DNA from: Orbicella franksi
Taxonomy: Eukaryota
Length of the DNA: 64,000 bases
NCBI GenBank assembly: GCA_964199315.1
Contig: OZ116707.1
Coordinates: forward strand, 12,090,001 to 12,154,000
Reading direction: 5' to 3'
In this document: positions 50,551 through 62,813 of the stretch, piece by piece
Layout of the letters: every line of letters begins with the position of its first letter
Numbering within the stretch: position 1 is the stretch's first letter
Program-made: the position numbers and the translations under genes
The notes under the pieces: generated by a model
Told to the model about the DNA's origin: nothing
Databases searched by the model: none
What the model saw: only the letters and a program-made list of their open reading frames with translations

Positions 50551-52697
50551 TAATCTTAAAATATAGCCAATCTCAGTCTCAATATTCTTTCAAAAAGGGT
50601 TTTACATATATAAAAAAAAGCGGATTCATTTTAACACCGTAAGGTAGAAAGACTGGGACATAAGCAGATGTAGAAGCTGAAATGATACTTGTTGCAACAT
50701 CAATATTTACATGATCCTGAAAACATTGGTCAGTTGACCATTTGCCATTACCACCGCTCATCCTTGGCTTCTTGATGGCGCTGATCGGGCATAATACCAC
50801 GGCTTTAATCACTCACCGTACCCGCATGCCCTCTGAACTACACCCAACAATCTATTGTTACTTTTTGCTGATGCTTTCGTAAAACCTTATTTCAGCAGCG
50901 CCGCGCTTTCATAGATTAACCCAAGCGGATTTTGAAATAAAAGGGTTCGGATGGCCGGCGTAGTTGACAGTAATTTGTCATAGTGGCACATGCCGAAAAA
51001 TATCTCTCCATTTCGCTCCTAAATCAGGAATTTCACTAATTTCCCAAAGACATTTTTTTGAAACATCTTTGCCCGAATCAGCTCTCAAGTCGAGTTAGCA
51101 CCTGTTTTTGAAAGCTGAATATTTTGTCTTTAAAATTAAGTATCGGAGCATTTTTTAGTACCAGTTATACTGAATGCATCAGACCCATAGTTCTAATTTA
51201 TATCCAAGCTGTGCAAATTGTTTATTCATTTATTCATTTATTTATTTATTTATTTATTCATTTAATTAGTTAGTTAGTTATTTAGTTATTTATTTCAATC
51301 TATTTTTGGTGTGTATTTAGTTGCATGCTTGGTATTTTGCCTTTTTTAGATATATGATGCGGACAAATTTAACACGTATAAGCCTTCACTCTACTTACGA
51401 CGTCGATAATCTGACTACTATTTTGTAAGTATTAAACTAGGTTTTTTCCTGCTCAACATTACTGTTGAAATAGTAGTCTAAATTTTAGATCAAGTCCTCG
51501 ACTGTGTAAAACATCATTAATTATGCGGAGTTACGAACAGCACCGTTTACCTCAAGATAGAGAGAACAGCTCAAAATGCAGTCGTAAGCTAAACAGGTTG
51601 TCAAGAATTTCTAGTTAAACATCGTAAGATCTTACAGTTTTAGTAGCAATACCTTACCGATGAGTTTCTTTTAGCGTGTACTTTTTGTGTTAGACGGGTT
51701 TTTAATTAGTTTCTCAAACTCACTAATTATTCAAGCAGCTCTGACCCAACCAGAGCATCTTACTCTGGTCAGGTGGATCAGTTAAAAACCCAATGAAAAA
51801 CGATTTGAAAGCCACGGCGTGTTTGGAAATAACTTCAAAAACGGATGCAAATTTTCTTAATCTGTATATTAACGAAACAAGAAAAACACTCGACGATAAA
51901 AACTTTATTTAATCACACATTTTACAAAACAAACTTTAAAGCTAAATTATTTACTGGAGTCGTTAAGAGTAACGGTACAGTTATTAAACTCCCCAAAACA
52001 GAAAGGGCCATTCTTTTTCTAAAATAAATTCTCGCTCAATGGTGGCGACCACGTCTTTTGGTTCGCTTTCAACCTTGCTGTACACTTCCGACCCAAAATG
52101 GCACTAACGTTAAAAATTCCCAGTTCTAAGGCGTACTAATTTACTCTCTACCCCTGCATTTAACGACTAGACTCACACGTTACCTCGGAATAGCGCTGAC
52201 CACGCACTTTTCCTCTTCTTCGCGAGTTTTAGGACGTCTAAATCTGTGCTCTGCCATTTGCTTTGCGAAGCAACGTGTTCCCTCAGAACTGACAAACAAT
52301 TAGGTATCAACGTGACATTGATGAATATTCAAAAATTGTCACAGAGCAGCAATAAGGTGATAGAATCACATTTCACGTCTCAAATATGATACTTCAATTG
52401 AGAAACTGATTCCAATGATAATTTAACCTAATTTGCTTTGTTGGAGAAGTAATTTAAAAAACTTGTGCTTCGAGTCCCATCAGGTTTCCAAACGCTCGAT
52501 TGCATTGCATTGCATTGCACTGTATTGTAATTGTAATTGTAATTGTCATCACACAAAATTATATTTTTTTCAAAATATTAGCCTCGGGTTTATTCTTAAA
52601 ATATTACAAAAAATTTCGCACATTTCAGCGTTGTTATTCTTATAAACATATCCTTATAACAAAAGAAAGAGTGTAATGATGACTTTGTATTTCGTAG

Positions 52698-52769
52698 AGA
52701 CATGGACGAAGGAAACATTGACAAACTGAGATTTATGAAGGGAGACACAGAGCGTTGCAGAATTCGCAT
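52698..52769 (+). CDS. Host gene exon: DMDEGNIDKLRFMKGDTERCRIR (degenerate LRR-like)
   Basis: 72 bp, TTTCGTAG acceptor, GTATGT donor, phase 2/2, open and in frame with its neighbours. Confidence 0.7.
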
Positions 52770-52876
52770 GTATGTGAAGTGTCGTGGAGACCTTTAGTTG
52801 ATTTCGTTAACTTGTGCTTATTACAGAACTTCTCACTCGTACCCTTGCATTAATGTGTTTTTGTATTTGATTTTAG

Positions 52877-53085
52877 TGGGTTGGGGAAAGATGACAATGA
52901 CTACATCAAAATACCACGTTATTGGGATACCTTGCGTGATACCTTATTCGAGGCTTTTGCTGGAGCTGGATTTGCCAGAAGGAAAGACCAAGATGGAAAC
53001 AAGCTACTTCCATGTCCCAGGGGAACGTTTGTCAATTCAAATGCCACCGACCATAGTAAACTTGTGTGCTTGGAATGTCCTGCAG
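52877..53085 (+). CDS. Host gene exon: GLGKDD...AGAGFARR...LPCPRGTFVNSN...CLECPA (start of Cys-rich region)
   Basis: TTTTAG acceptor, GTAGTT donor, phase 2/1. CPxGTF...CxxCPxG motif is ephrin-receptor-like/TNFR-like. Confidence 0.9.
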
Positions 53086-53522
53086 GTAGTTATAATATCT
53101 TAACAACTCGTCAGAGCTATTGCATTAAATAACGGTTGCACAGGCATTTATTACATTTTTTTTTATATATATATTTTGTTTTGGTCTCTTTTTTTGTTCA
53201 CAATTGCGGTTTCTTCAGGGACGATGTTAGCTATGATATTAACAATACAATGCAATACATTAGAAGCTATGAGATAACACACTTAGACGAAACCACTTCT
53301 ACACTTGAGAGCTTATGTGCGGTTGTAGTAAGCTGCGCTGTACGAATGCCATGGAAGCTAACAGAAATGAGATAGCTTTAATGGTTCAGACTTAGCTTCT
53401 TATTTTCTTTCACGTGATTCTTACTTTCAGAAGTTCTTATCAAAGCTTGAATAAGATTTTCCAAGTGAATTAACTGAAAGGGCGATACTTATAAGAACTA
53501 TCTGGATCAGTAGTACAGCAGT

Positions 53523-56500
53523 TGTGAGACGACACACAACGCCACGTTGGACGAGAAAACAAGCTACTTTATTATGCAGCCCAGAGTGCAACGCGCACCC
53601 TAACATCTCCCTTCCTTTTTTTAAAGCTGTAAGCTGAACAAAACATTTAGTGATTGCCTAAAGGGTCTTGTGCCACAAAGTTCCTAAATAAAATAAAGTG
53701 TCCTTACATAAATTCAACGAAAAGGAGAGAAAAAAACCTATTATTGACAGTAACTTGTGTATCTCATATCGACCAATTTCATGTAACTGATGGCTAGAAC
53801 GGGAGTTCATAAGTCTAAACGTGTAGGCGGTTTGGACACTCGGCCCGAACGAGGTTTTTTCAGACTTGTTTGTTTGGCTCCGCTTGGCAGTTGGGCTTGG
53901 TTGAGAGCACACATCTGGTTCTTCGACGTTTGTTACTAATGGGACAGGCACAGACTGGTTTAGAGGTGCTTTAACTACAGTATTCTGCACTGGCGGTTCA
54001 TTGGGGGCGGACAATTGCACTGCAGGTGGAGTGAACGGCGGAAGGACAGGTTGGACAACTGGTGAAGCGCAAGGCAGTCGAGTGGACGGTAGAGTGGAGG
54101 GTGAATTGACAGGTTGAACAACTTGTGGAGTGGTTGGCAGGCGCGCTGAGTGTTCCGAAGCCGGCACAGGACTGGGAGACAGCTTGTCCATCCACGACCT
54201 CGGGATTAAAGCACCAGGAGGTGGCGGTGCCGCAGGACGCAGGCGTGCCCGGTTCCGTCTGGTTAAACCTGCAGGTGTTTCCACAATGTAGGACCTAGGA
54301 GCCGGAATGGCAGTCACCAGACCGTAGAGCCAAGGACCGGACTTGTGATGAGGGGACGGCTTGACGTAAACAAAGTCGCCTATTTCTAACGACGGTAGAG
54401 TGCTACTAGCGGTTGTGTCATAATGTTGTTTAGCCCTAGCGCGCTTAGTGGCGATATTTCCTTGGACTACTTCAGCAGTGCTGTCGCTCGGTAACAAGAG
54501 CTCTTTAGAGATAGGAAGAAGTCCACGAATGCGGCGTCCCATACTCCTTTGCGCTGGGCTCAAAAGATGTCCCTCTTAGGAGGTGTTTCTTTAAACAAGA
54601 AGAGCTTCATGTAGGCCATTTTTCCCAGACTTCTTCAAGATGCGCTTGGCGATTTTCACTGACGCCTCTGACTTTCCATTTCCCTTGGGCCAGTAAGGTG
54701 AGCTCATGACGTGGTTTGTCTGGTACATTTGGCAGAGCCGCTCAAAGTCTGATGCAATAAATTGAGGTCCATTGTCAGTTAATATCGTTTCAGGAACACC
54801 ATGGCGGGCAAAGTGGACTTCCGCTTTGGCCACGATGGTGGCAGACAAAGTGTTTTCCAGCTCATCAACCTCGATAAAATCTGAGTAATGATCACTTTAA
54901 AGTAAAAAGACCCTGACTTACAAACTGCCAGGGGTACTCTGGAATAGGCTGAGACTTCATGGGCTCCTTGGCATTCTCTACTTGGAACTGTGCACACTTC
55001 CTACACGAGCGACATGCTTCCCGAATATCAGACTTCATGCCTGGCCAGAATTCAGTGTCCTTACAGAGGCGTATGTTTGATTCAGCTCCAAACTGTGCAG
55101 CGTGAGCCTTCTGCAGAATGAAGTTTCTTTTTGCCAACGGGATACGTACTTGCGTCCGTTTATAGATGACCCCATCTTGAAAGGTAAGCTCTTCCCTAAA
55201 GTTCCAATAGGGGTGTACACTTTGGTGAAGTTCCGATTTTCTTGAAGGCCAGCCTGTGATTATAACCCTGTTCAGGCTACAAAGTGTGGGGTCACTTGCT
55301 GTTGCAGCTTTGATATCTTTCAATGTCTCGGAAGTGACCCGAGGGTTTCCGATGTTGTTGTCTATGTCAATTCTGAAGATCTCAAAGTTGGTCTGTTTGG
55401 AGTCGTTGACGGTTGGGAGGGGGCTCCTCGAGAGGGTGTCACCCAGCATGAGTGACGTACCCTTCTTGTATGTAACTCTGATGTTGTAGCGTTACAGCCG
55501 CGTCATCATTTTCTGAAGGCGGCGAGGTTCAGATTGTAGAGGCTTCTTCAATATAGTTTCTAGGGGCTAGTGGTCTGTGTGCACATTCACTTCGCTGCCA
55601 TAAATCCAGGGGTCCCACCTGTCGAATGCTGATGCTATGGCTAGGCACTCTTTTTCATTTTGAGCCCACAGTTCTTCAGTAGGGCGGAGCTTGCAGGACA
55701 TGTAAGCCACTGGTTGAAGATCTCCGGAATCATTAGGCTGGAGAAGGGCTCCCTTAGGCCCTCCTTGTGATGCATCTACTTGGAGAGTAACTGGCCTTTT
55801 GTTATTAAAGTAAGCCAAGCACGGAGCACTCGCAATGAGATGCTTTGGTTTGGCGAATGCTTCTTGGTGAACGTCTGACCAGATGAATTCACGATCCTGG
55901 TTTCTGAGGTAATGCGGAGGCTTGATCACTTACGACAGGTTAGGGCAGAGGGTGTTCAAGTAGTTCACCATGCCACAGAAGCGCATGACACCCTGTTTAT
56001 CAGTAGGGGGCGGCATGTCAGAAATGGCCTTGACCTTGCTCGGGTCCGCTTTCACTCCCTTTCGGATATTACGTGGCCCATAAAGGTGATCTTTGACAAC
56101 TTGAACTGAATCTTTTCTGGGTTGAACTTCAGATTCTTATCCCAAGCGCGCTTTATTAACGCGAGGACATTGAGATCATGATTTCTGTTTGCTTCCTCAA
56201 CTGTGTCACCTTGGCGCACGACAAGGATATCGTCAGCTACGCAGTACACATCTTGCAGACTCTCAAGGGCCTGGTGCATTCGTAACTGGAATTCCTCCGG
56301 AGCACAACTAATGCCATAAGGAAGGCGGAGCCAGCAATATCGATCCCAGGACGTGTGCATGGTGGTGAGCAGGCCGGACTCATCTGTTAGCACAACTTGG
56401 GTGAAGCCATCTAGGGCATCGAATATGGAGAACGTCTTGTGCTTCTTCCCTGACAATCACGGTGGGAATTTGGTAACGCGGAATTATGATGGCTTCATTC

Positions 56501-58461
56501 AACGTTTGGCTAGGATCTAAGAATAGGTGTACTTTAGTGGTGCCATCGGGGAGGACTTTTTCTCTAACCGTCATGTTGCTGCACCAATTTGTGGGTTAGT
56601 TCACCTTCTTGAGCTTTCCACATTTCACCATGTCGTCAAGTTTTGCTTTCATTTTTTCAAGTTTCGCTACTGGTTCTCTATGGATGCCTGCATGGCAGGG
56701 TGGAACTTCAGGATCCAAGGTCAGGCGGACTGGCTGACCCACAGTTCCCAGACCCTCAAAGTTATCCTTGTACATGGTAACCAATTGATCCGTTTGGAGG
56801 TGGCCTGGTTGCAGGTCCGCTGTGACCGCTGACTGAAGAGGTGCTGGTTTGAGGAAGTCGGATGAAGTGGGGCAGTTTGAAGTCTGACGTTGTTGAGGAG
56901 AATATTCTATTCTTGTGAAATTTCAGCAGGCCGAGACGCTTATTGTCTCTACCAGTTATGAGAGCCGGTTTGCCTGGAATGCACACCGAGTCTATGACTT
57001 GAAATTCTAGTGTTTCAAAGCGTCAGACTCCCCCGCAAGCTAGACTGACTTTACCCAACGGACGAATAGCTTCCCTAGAGTAGGGAAATATCCTGACATG
57101 GGAAGGCTTTAGCGGAGCCAGAGACGATATCTTCCTGAAAACTGATGATGGCAAGTTGTTGTAGGACGTTGCAGAGTCCACTTGCATTAACACCTTTATA
57201 CTCTTTTCGGGGCTAACAGAAACTGGGAGCCAGGTGAAGTACTTGTCGTCCTCCACGTCGTCATGAAGAGCAAAGGCTGAGAACGAGTGGACCCCGTAGT
57301 CGTCGTCATCATCAGAATACGTTGCAGACGCACCATTTCCTTGAGAGAACTGGTGAACAGTGTCTGGGCGCCGTGAGGGAGGGCGCTTGTTGTTTTTTCT
57401 TTGTTTCTTTTCAAACTCAGACTTAAACTTGTCTTTTGGAAATCTGCACACCTTAACAAAGTGGTTCTCAGTCATATAACAATTAGTTCAATAGGTACCT
57501 GGTCTGTTCGCTGGACAGTCCTTGCTGGAGTGACTTTGGCGTCCGCACCAGCCACATTTTCTACGAGGGCGTTGTATCGATTTGTTTGTCAATTGATTGA
57601 CTTGCTCTTCGAGTTTAGGGTGGGCTGAGTGCATAATGGCTATATTGGTATTGTGAGCTGCTTCCCAGGACTTTGCACGGGCAAGTTGTTCGTGAACTGT
57701 ATAGGGTGTTTTCCCGTCTTCCTTGTAATGGTAAAGAGGCAGTTCTCTAAGGTCTTTGTGGTGGACGCCCGTGCACAAACGGTCTCGCATGAGCTCCTGA
57801 ACTGGATCTGCCATTTCAGAAATATTTGGACTTTTGGGCAGTGCTTCTGATCCGGGTTTCGAAATCTGTTACGGACTCGTCAGGTTTTTGTATGCAGTTG
57901 AAAATGGCTAGCCGTTCAGGCATTATGGTCTCCTGGCCGACAAAATGAACCTCTAGGTGCTGCTGATATATCAAGGGTTGTTTTTCTCCGTTGTTGTCAT
58001 TTTCGCGAAGATTGTGGTATCAAAAACTTCCAAGACATCATCTGGGAGAGCAAGAAAGAAAGCCGTAGTTTCGGACTGGGCCTTTTCAGCAACCCAATGG
58101 TCTGGAATCGTTGGACATTTGCTGGCGTCCCTCCAGGCTCGCTGCAGTAGACACCAAGCGTTAAATTTCCGGCGCCATATTCTTACACTTGCTGCTTTGT
58201 TTTCACTCAGCGATAGCTTTGGCGGCTTGCTTTCGGCCATATTTACTTCATCTGAGCTCGCTTGAAGACCAGATTTCGTTGAGAGCGTTCGTCTGAGTTA
58301 CCACCCGCAAATTCCGTCGCTTTAAGAGGCTAGACCAAGAGATGGGGCGTGAAGTTACGAAAACTTCTGACACCAAGCTGTCAGACAACACACGACGCCA
58401 TGTTGGACGAGAACACACGCTACTTTATTAAGCAGTCCAGAGTGCAACGCGCACCCTAACA
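53523..58461 (-). mobile_element. Gypsy (Ty3/gypsy, K02A2.6/Mag-like) LTR retrotransposon, complete but degenerate
   Basis: 83-bp LTRs at 53523-53605 and 58379-58461 (TG...CA, 8 mismatches). PBS TGGTGTCAGAAGT at 58363-58375 (tRNA-Leu-like). PPT AAAAAAAGGAAGGGAGA. Flanks CAGT/CAGC. Domain order gag(CCHC x2)-PR(QVDSAT)-RT(YCVADDILV)-RH(VDAS, EKECLAI, TDH)-IN(TDNGPQF, NGKSE). Confidence 0.92.
53800..58240 (-). pseudogene. Gypsy gag-pol, multiple frameshifts and stops
   Basis: Domains are split over ORFs 57971-58240, 57488-57814, 57023-57475, 56596-56784, 56052-56456, 55567-55929, 54892-55449, 54591-54848 and 53658-54563. The integrase tail is Pro-rich and ends in a frameshifted TRSGRVSKPP motif. 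Confidence 0.88.
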
Positions 58462-58799
58462 CAGCTTCGAGTTAACAAAAAAGACTCGTCTGTACAGTGC
58501 TAGTCTCAATCTTAAGTAAATTATTTACAAAATATCTTAGTGAAAGTGCTGAAGCGTAACACAAAACAGTGTACATTTTTTTATATTAGTTCATGTTCTC
58601 ACTGGCATTTTTATATATTAAAGTTCTGAGTGAGAATTATACTGTACAAACGCTTCTTTAGTATTTACATTCAGCGGTATACGTCTTGTTTAACTCGAGG
58701 CTGGACTATTGAAGGTAAGGGATATATAGCAGTACCAGTAGAGGATGATGTCATGCCATGTAGGACCTAACTTGTTCAATCAATGTCTTCTTGCCACAG

Positions 58800-58925
58800 G
58801 TGGCTTCTACTCTGACACTGAAGCCTTTGTTAACCAAAGTTGCCGTCAGTGTCCCAATGGCACTTTCGTCCCCACTGATAAAGCACCTGGAAAGATGATG
58901 GCAGATTGCAATCCGTGTCCGGATG
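58800..58925 (+). CDS. Host gene exon: GFYSDTEAFVNQSCRQCPNGTFVPTDKAPGKMMADCNPCPD
   Basis: CCACAG acceptor, GTAATA donor, phase 1/1, CxxCPxG repeats. Confidence 0.92.
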
Positions 58926-59157
58926 GTAATAAATTACTGGAAATCTGTTATCTGCAAAGCTTTTTTTTTCTGAAAGCTCCATTATCGGGAGAATCTAACA
59001 TTTAGGTCTTGTGTGGCCGTGCATTACTATGCTTCTAAAGGCAACCACCAAAAAATATAAAATATATATATTTATCGATTGATTTAAATTTGAAACTAAA
59101 CTATAAACAGCCTGAGTATGTAGGCTTTTTTCTTTGATTTTTCTTTTTTTTTAACAG

Positions 59158-61521
59158 GAACAGATACCCTAACTTTCGCTGGGTATCGCGCTTGTAAATG
59201 TTTAAAAGGTCATCACCGTACTCATCGGTTTGAAGGTTGCAAACTTTGTGAAGATGGATTACACTGTGACAACGATTCTGTTACTCTTAAGACCGGTTAT
59301 TGGTGGAAATGGAGAAACGAAACTTACAAACTCCTTTATAAAGATTTTGCGATGAGCCTCGTTGATATAACTTACACTCCTGGCAAAAGCATCAATTTCT
59401 CAATAACTAATCATTCCCTCAATAAGTTCGCACACCCCGTGCCAAAGTCATACAAATGTCCGAGAGAAGAGTCGTGTAAGGGAGGTCAAGATTCATTATG
59501 TGCCACAGGCTACCAAGGTCCAGTATGCGCGGTATGCAGTCCTGGTTACTATAAACAATTGCAAACATGCCAGCTGTGTCCAACCAAAAAATGGATGACT
59601 GTCCAGCTGTCAGTCATAGTGGCAGTAGCTGCAATAGTCCTTGCTGTTATAATTTGGACAAGCAAAAGAAAAAGTAAGAAAAAAGAAGGACGTTCTTCAG
59701 TGGATATCATTCTCTGCAGGCTAAAAATTCTTATTGGCTTCTACCAAGTCACAAATGGAGTTCTGGAAACATTTTCATATATAAAATGGCCAGGCGCTCT
59801 TGAGGTTATTGGAAGATACTCCGAGATATTGCAGATGAATGTTTTCCAGGTGGCACCAATTCATTGTCTCTTGCCAAATGCAAGAATGAACGCCTTTGCA
59901 GACTTGTTTGCTATGCTCGCGATGAATGCTGCTGCCATCTTGATGTCTGTCCTTGCTTTTGGACTAAGAAAGTTATTTCTACTGCGAAGCGCTTTGAACA
60001 GACAACAGAAAGAAAAAAAGGTTGCCCAGACTAAAGAGGTGATTTACCGAAACTCGTTTTTCTTCCTTTTCCTGACGTATCTCAGTACGTGCTCGAAGAC
60101 AGCACAAGTAGTTCCACTTGCCTGTCGCAAACTTTGCATCGACGAAGAAGACGAAGCATGTGACGAATACCTCAGAGCAGACTACAGCATAAACTGCAAC
60201 AGTCAAGAGTACAATCGTTCGGTCATCGTTGCATACTGCGCCGTATTTTACATCATCTTACTTCCCACTGCCTCGCTGATAGCTCTTTGGAGACAACGTA
60301 AGGTGCTTCATGGAAATGTACTCGACGCCGAGAGTGAAGCTTTGGAGCCTCAAGAGCAAGCCATAGGAAATGCTATCAACACCGAAAATGAAGATTTGGA
60401 GCCTCAAGAGCAAAACACGGGAAATGTTATCCACGCCGAAAATGAAGATTTGGAGCGTCAAGAGCAAAACGCAGGGAATGCTATCCACGCCGAGAATGAA
60501 GATTTGGAACATCAAGAACAAAACGCGGGAAATTTAATCCATGCCGAGAATAAAGATTTGGAGCCCCAAGAGCAAAACATGGGAAATGTTATCCAGGCCG
60601 AAAAGGAAGATTTGGAATATCAAGAACAAAACGCGGGAAATTTAATCCATGCCGATGCCGAGAATGAAAACTTGGAGCCTCAAGAGCAAAACACGGGAAA
60701 TGTTATCCACGCCGAAAATGAAGATTTGGAACATCAAGAACAAAACGCGGGAAATTTAATCGATACCGATGCCGAGAGTAAAGATTTGGAGCCTCAAGAG
60801 CAAAACACAGAAAATGTTATCCAGACCGAAAACGAAGATTTGAAACATCAAGAACAAAACTCGGGAAATTTAATCCAAGCCGAGAATGAAGATTTGGAGC
60901 CTCAAGAGCAAAACACGGGAAATGTTATCCAGGCCGAAAACGAAGATTTGAAACATCAAGAACAAAACTCGGAAAATGTAATCCATGCCGAGAATGAAGA
61001 TTTGGAGCCTCAAGAGCAAGCCACGGGAAATGTAATCCACGCCGAGAATGAAGCTTTGATGTCTCAAGAGCAAGCGAAGGGTAATATAGTCCACTCGGAG
61101 AATGAAGCTTTGGGACATCAAGAGCAAGCCACGGGAATTGTAATGGGATTACGATTCCTCTTCGAAAACTATCATTCCCGTGCATGGTACTGGGAGTACA
61201 TTGAAATGATTCGCAAGCTCGTTTTGACGGCTGCTCTTATCTTTTTGGGTGGAGAGAGCAGGGCCTATGTTGGATTAGCCTTCGTCACCTCAGGACTTTA
61301 TGTGGTGTTGTTTTCCCTCATCAGCCCTATGGCAGATCCATTCGAGAACAGGTTAATGCTGTCATCTCTGTCTGTCACATTCCTTAATTTGGGCATAGGA
61401 GCTGTAAGTAGAATTCCTGAAGAGGGTATGTCATCATCCTCCATTGACCCATACATGGACGACATCACGTTCAACATACTGGTGGTTGGAGCTAATACGC
61501 TAGTGATCACCCTTCTCGTTG
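59158..61521 (+). CDS. Host gene large exon: Cys-rich stalk, most of the TM region and the acidic 18-aa repeat loop
   Basis: Polypyrimidine tract plus CAG acceptor, GTAATT donor at 61522, 2364 bp open, phase 1/1. Contains GYQGPVCAVCSPGYY, LKILIGFYQV, YLRADYSINC and LRFLFENY..WYWEYIEMIRKLVLT. Confidence 0.95.
60330..61136 (+). repeat. Coding tandem repeat, ~15 x 54 bp (ENEDLEPQEQNTGNVIHA)
   Basis: Read directly from ORF 59352-61532. Two units carry a 6-bp insertion, so the frame is preserved. Confidence 0.95.
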
Positions 61522-62813
61522 GTAATTATTGATTCGTATATTATCTGCCAGTATAGAATGAATCATTTATTTACAATCAGCTTGTCAGCTTGGCACTAAG
61601 TGAGTTTTGTTAACCCGTGGAACAACCTCTAAAAATTATTGCTAAATAGAAAACCATGGACTAATTAAGTAGTCTAATAGTGTTTTATTGTAAAGTAGCT
61701 TGAACTGACAAAAAAATAATAATAAAAAATATATATTCACAAAATGGTAGAAAACTGACGAAGCTAGTACTCTGACCAAAATTTCAAAAGGCCAGACGAT
61801 GACATTTTGCCAAACCAGAATTCTGTCGACGTGAATGAAAAATATCTAAAACAAGAGTCTGTGTAACATTTCGAAATCATGTGAGCTACTTTTAAAGTTC
61901 AAGTAACTGAACAATTATAGTTTTGGATTACCAAAAGGAAATAGCATTGCCTAGCCTAAAATCATCTTTAACCCTATTAAGACCGGCTTTTAGTCCAAAC
62001 ATTTCTCCTTTGTTGCCAATAACATAGAAAAGTGACGCCATATTACGTGGCAATAGACTGTTTTCGATATATTAAAATTCAGCTTGGCAGTGAGGCTTAG
62101 AAGACACAAACAAAGGAAATTGAATGACATGTTTATTCATTTCTTTTGTTTGTGTCCTCTAGGCCTCACTATCAAGCTGAATTTAAATATATCGAATTGG
62201 CCTATTAGGGAAGGTTTTCGAAGGAGCCGCCATCTTGGATCAACCGATTTTTCTGGATTTTTCTAAAACGATAGTTTTTAGTTTTGGGAATTCAAAATAA
62301 ATAAGAAAGTAATTCTATAAAATTCATTTAAAAATTGACCCTAATTCCGTGAAAGCTAACTTCAAATAAAAATTACAAAATTTCAAATTTGTAAAAACAT
62401 GCCTGTAAAAATGTGGTTAAATTTATTTACATAAATAATGAAACAGCTATCACGGGCCCTTTCTGCCCCCGCCCCCAACCCCCTTCTCTTATATATCTGA
62501 ATAGGGATAAACAATGGGTTATGCAAATCCAAAGGCGTTTGAGTGAGAGTTAAATAAACTGTCGCTTAGTGTTTCATTTTTGCTTTTTTGTTTTATCATA
62601 ATTATTGGGGTTTTTTTTCTCGGTCTCCTGTATTTGCAACGGTAAAATCTACAGCAATGTCAAAACCGAAAAAGAAAATCATTGGAATATCTCCACAGCA
62701 AGGGTTGACTGGCATTTTATAATTAACTTTTACTTTCGTATGGCCAAAAGGACTACTTGCGATTTTCTTCCATGGGAAAAAAAATACTGATTTCTTTCTT
62801 ATCTTTTTCACAG

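Noticed and set aside
52030-52330. THAP-like fragment on the minus strand (KLAKKRKSAWSALFRG)
   Set aside because: Too degraded, with stops in all frames, to support a call.
60258-61185. Hydrophobic repeat ORFs on the minus strand (also 63119-63631)
   Set aside because: They are antisense shadows of the coding tandem repeats in the + strand gene.
59352-61532. Labelling the host gene as a glycoprotein-hormone/LGR GPCR or a bacterial Pmp outer-membrane protein
   Set aside because: About 9 helical TM segments, no rhodopsin motifs, a spliceosomal intron structure and no beta-barrel signature. No gene symbol was assigned.
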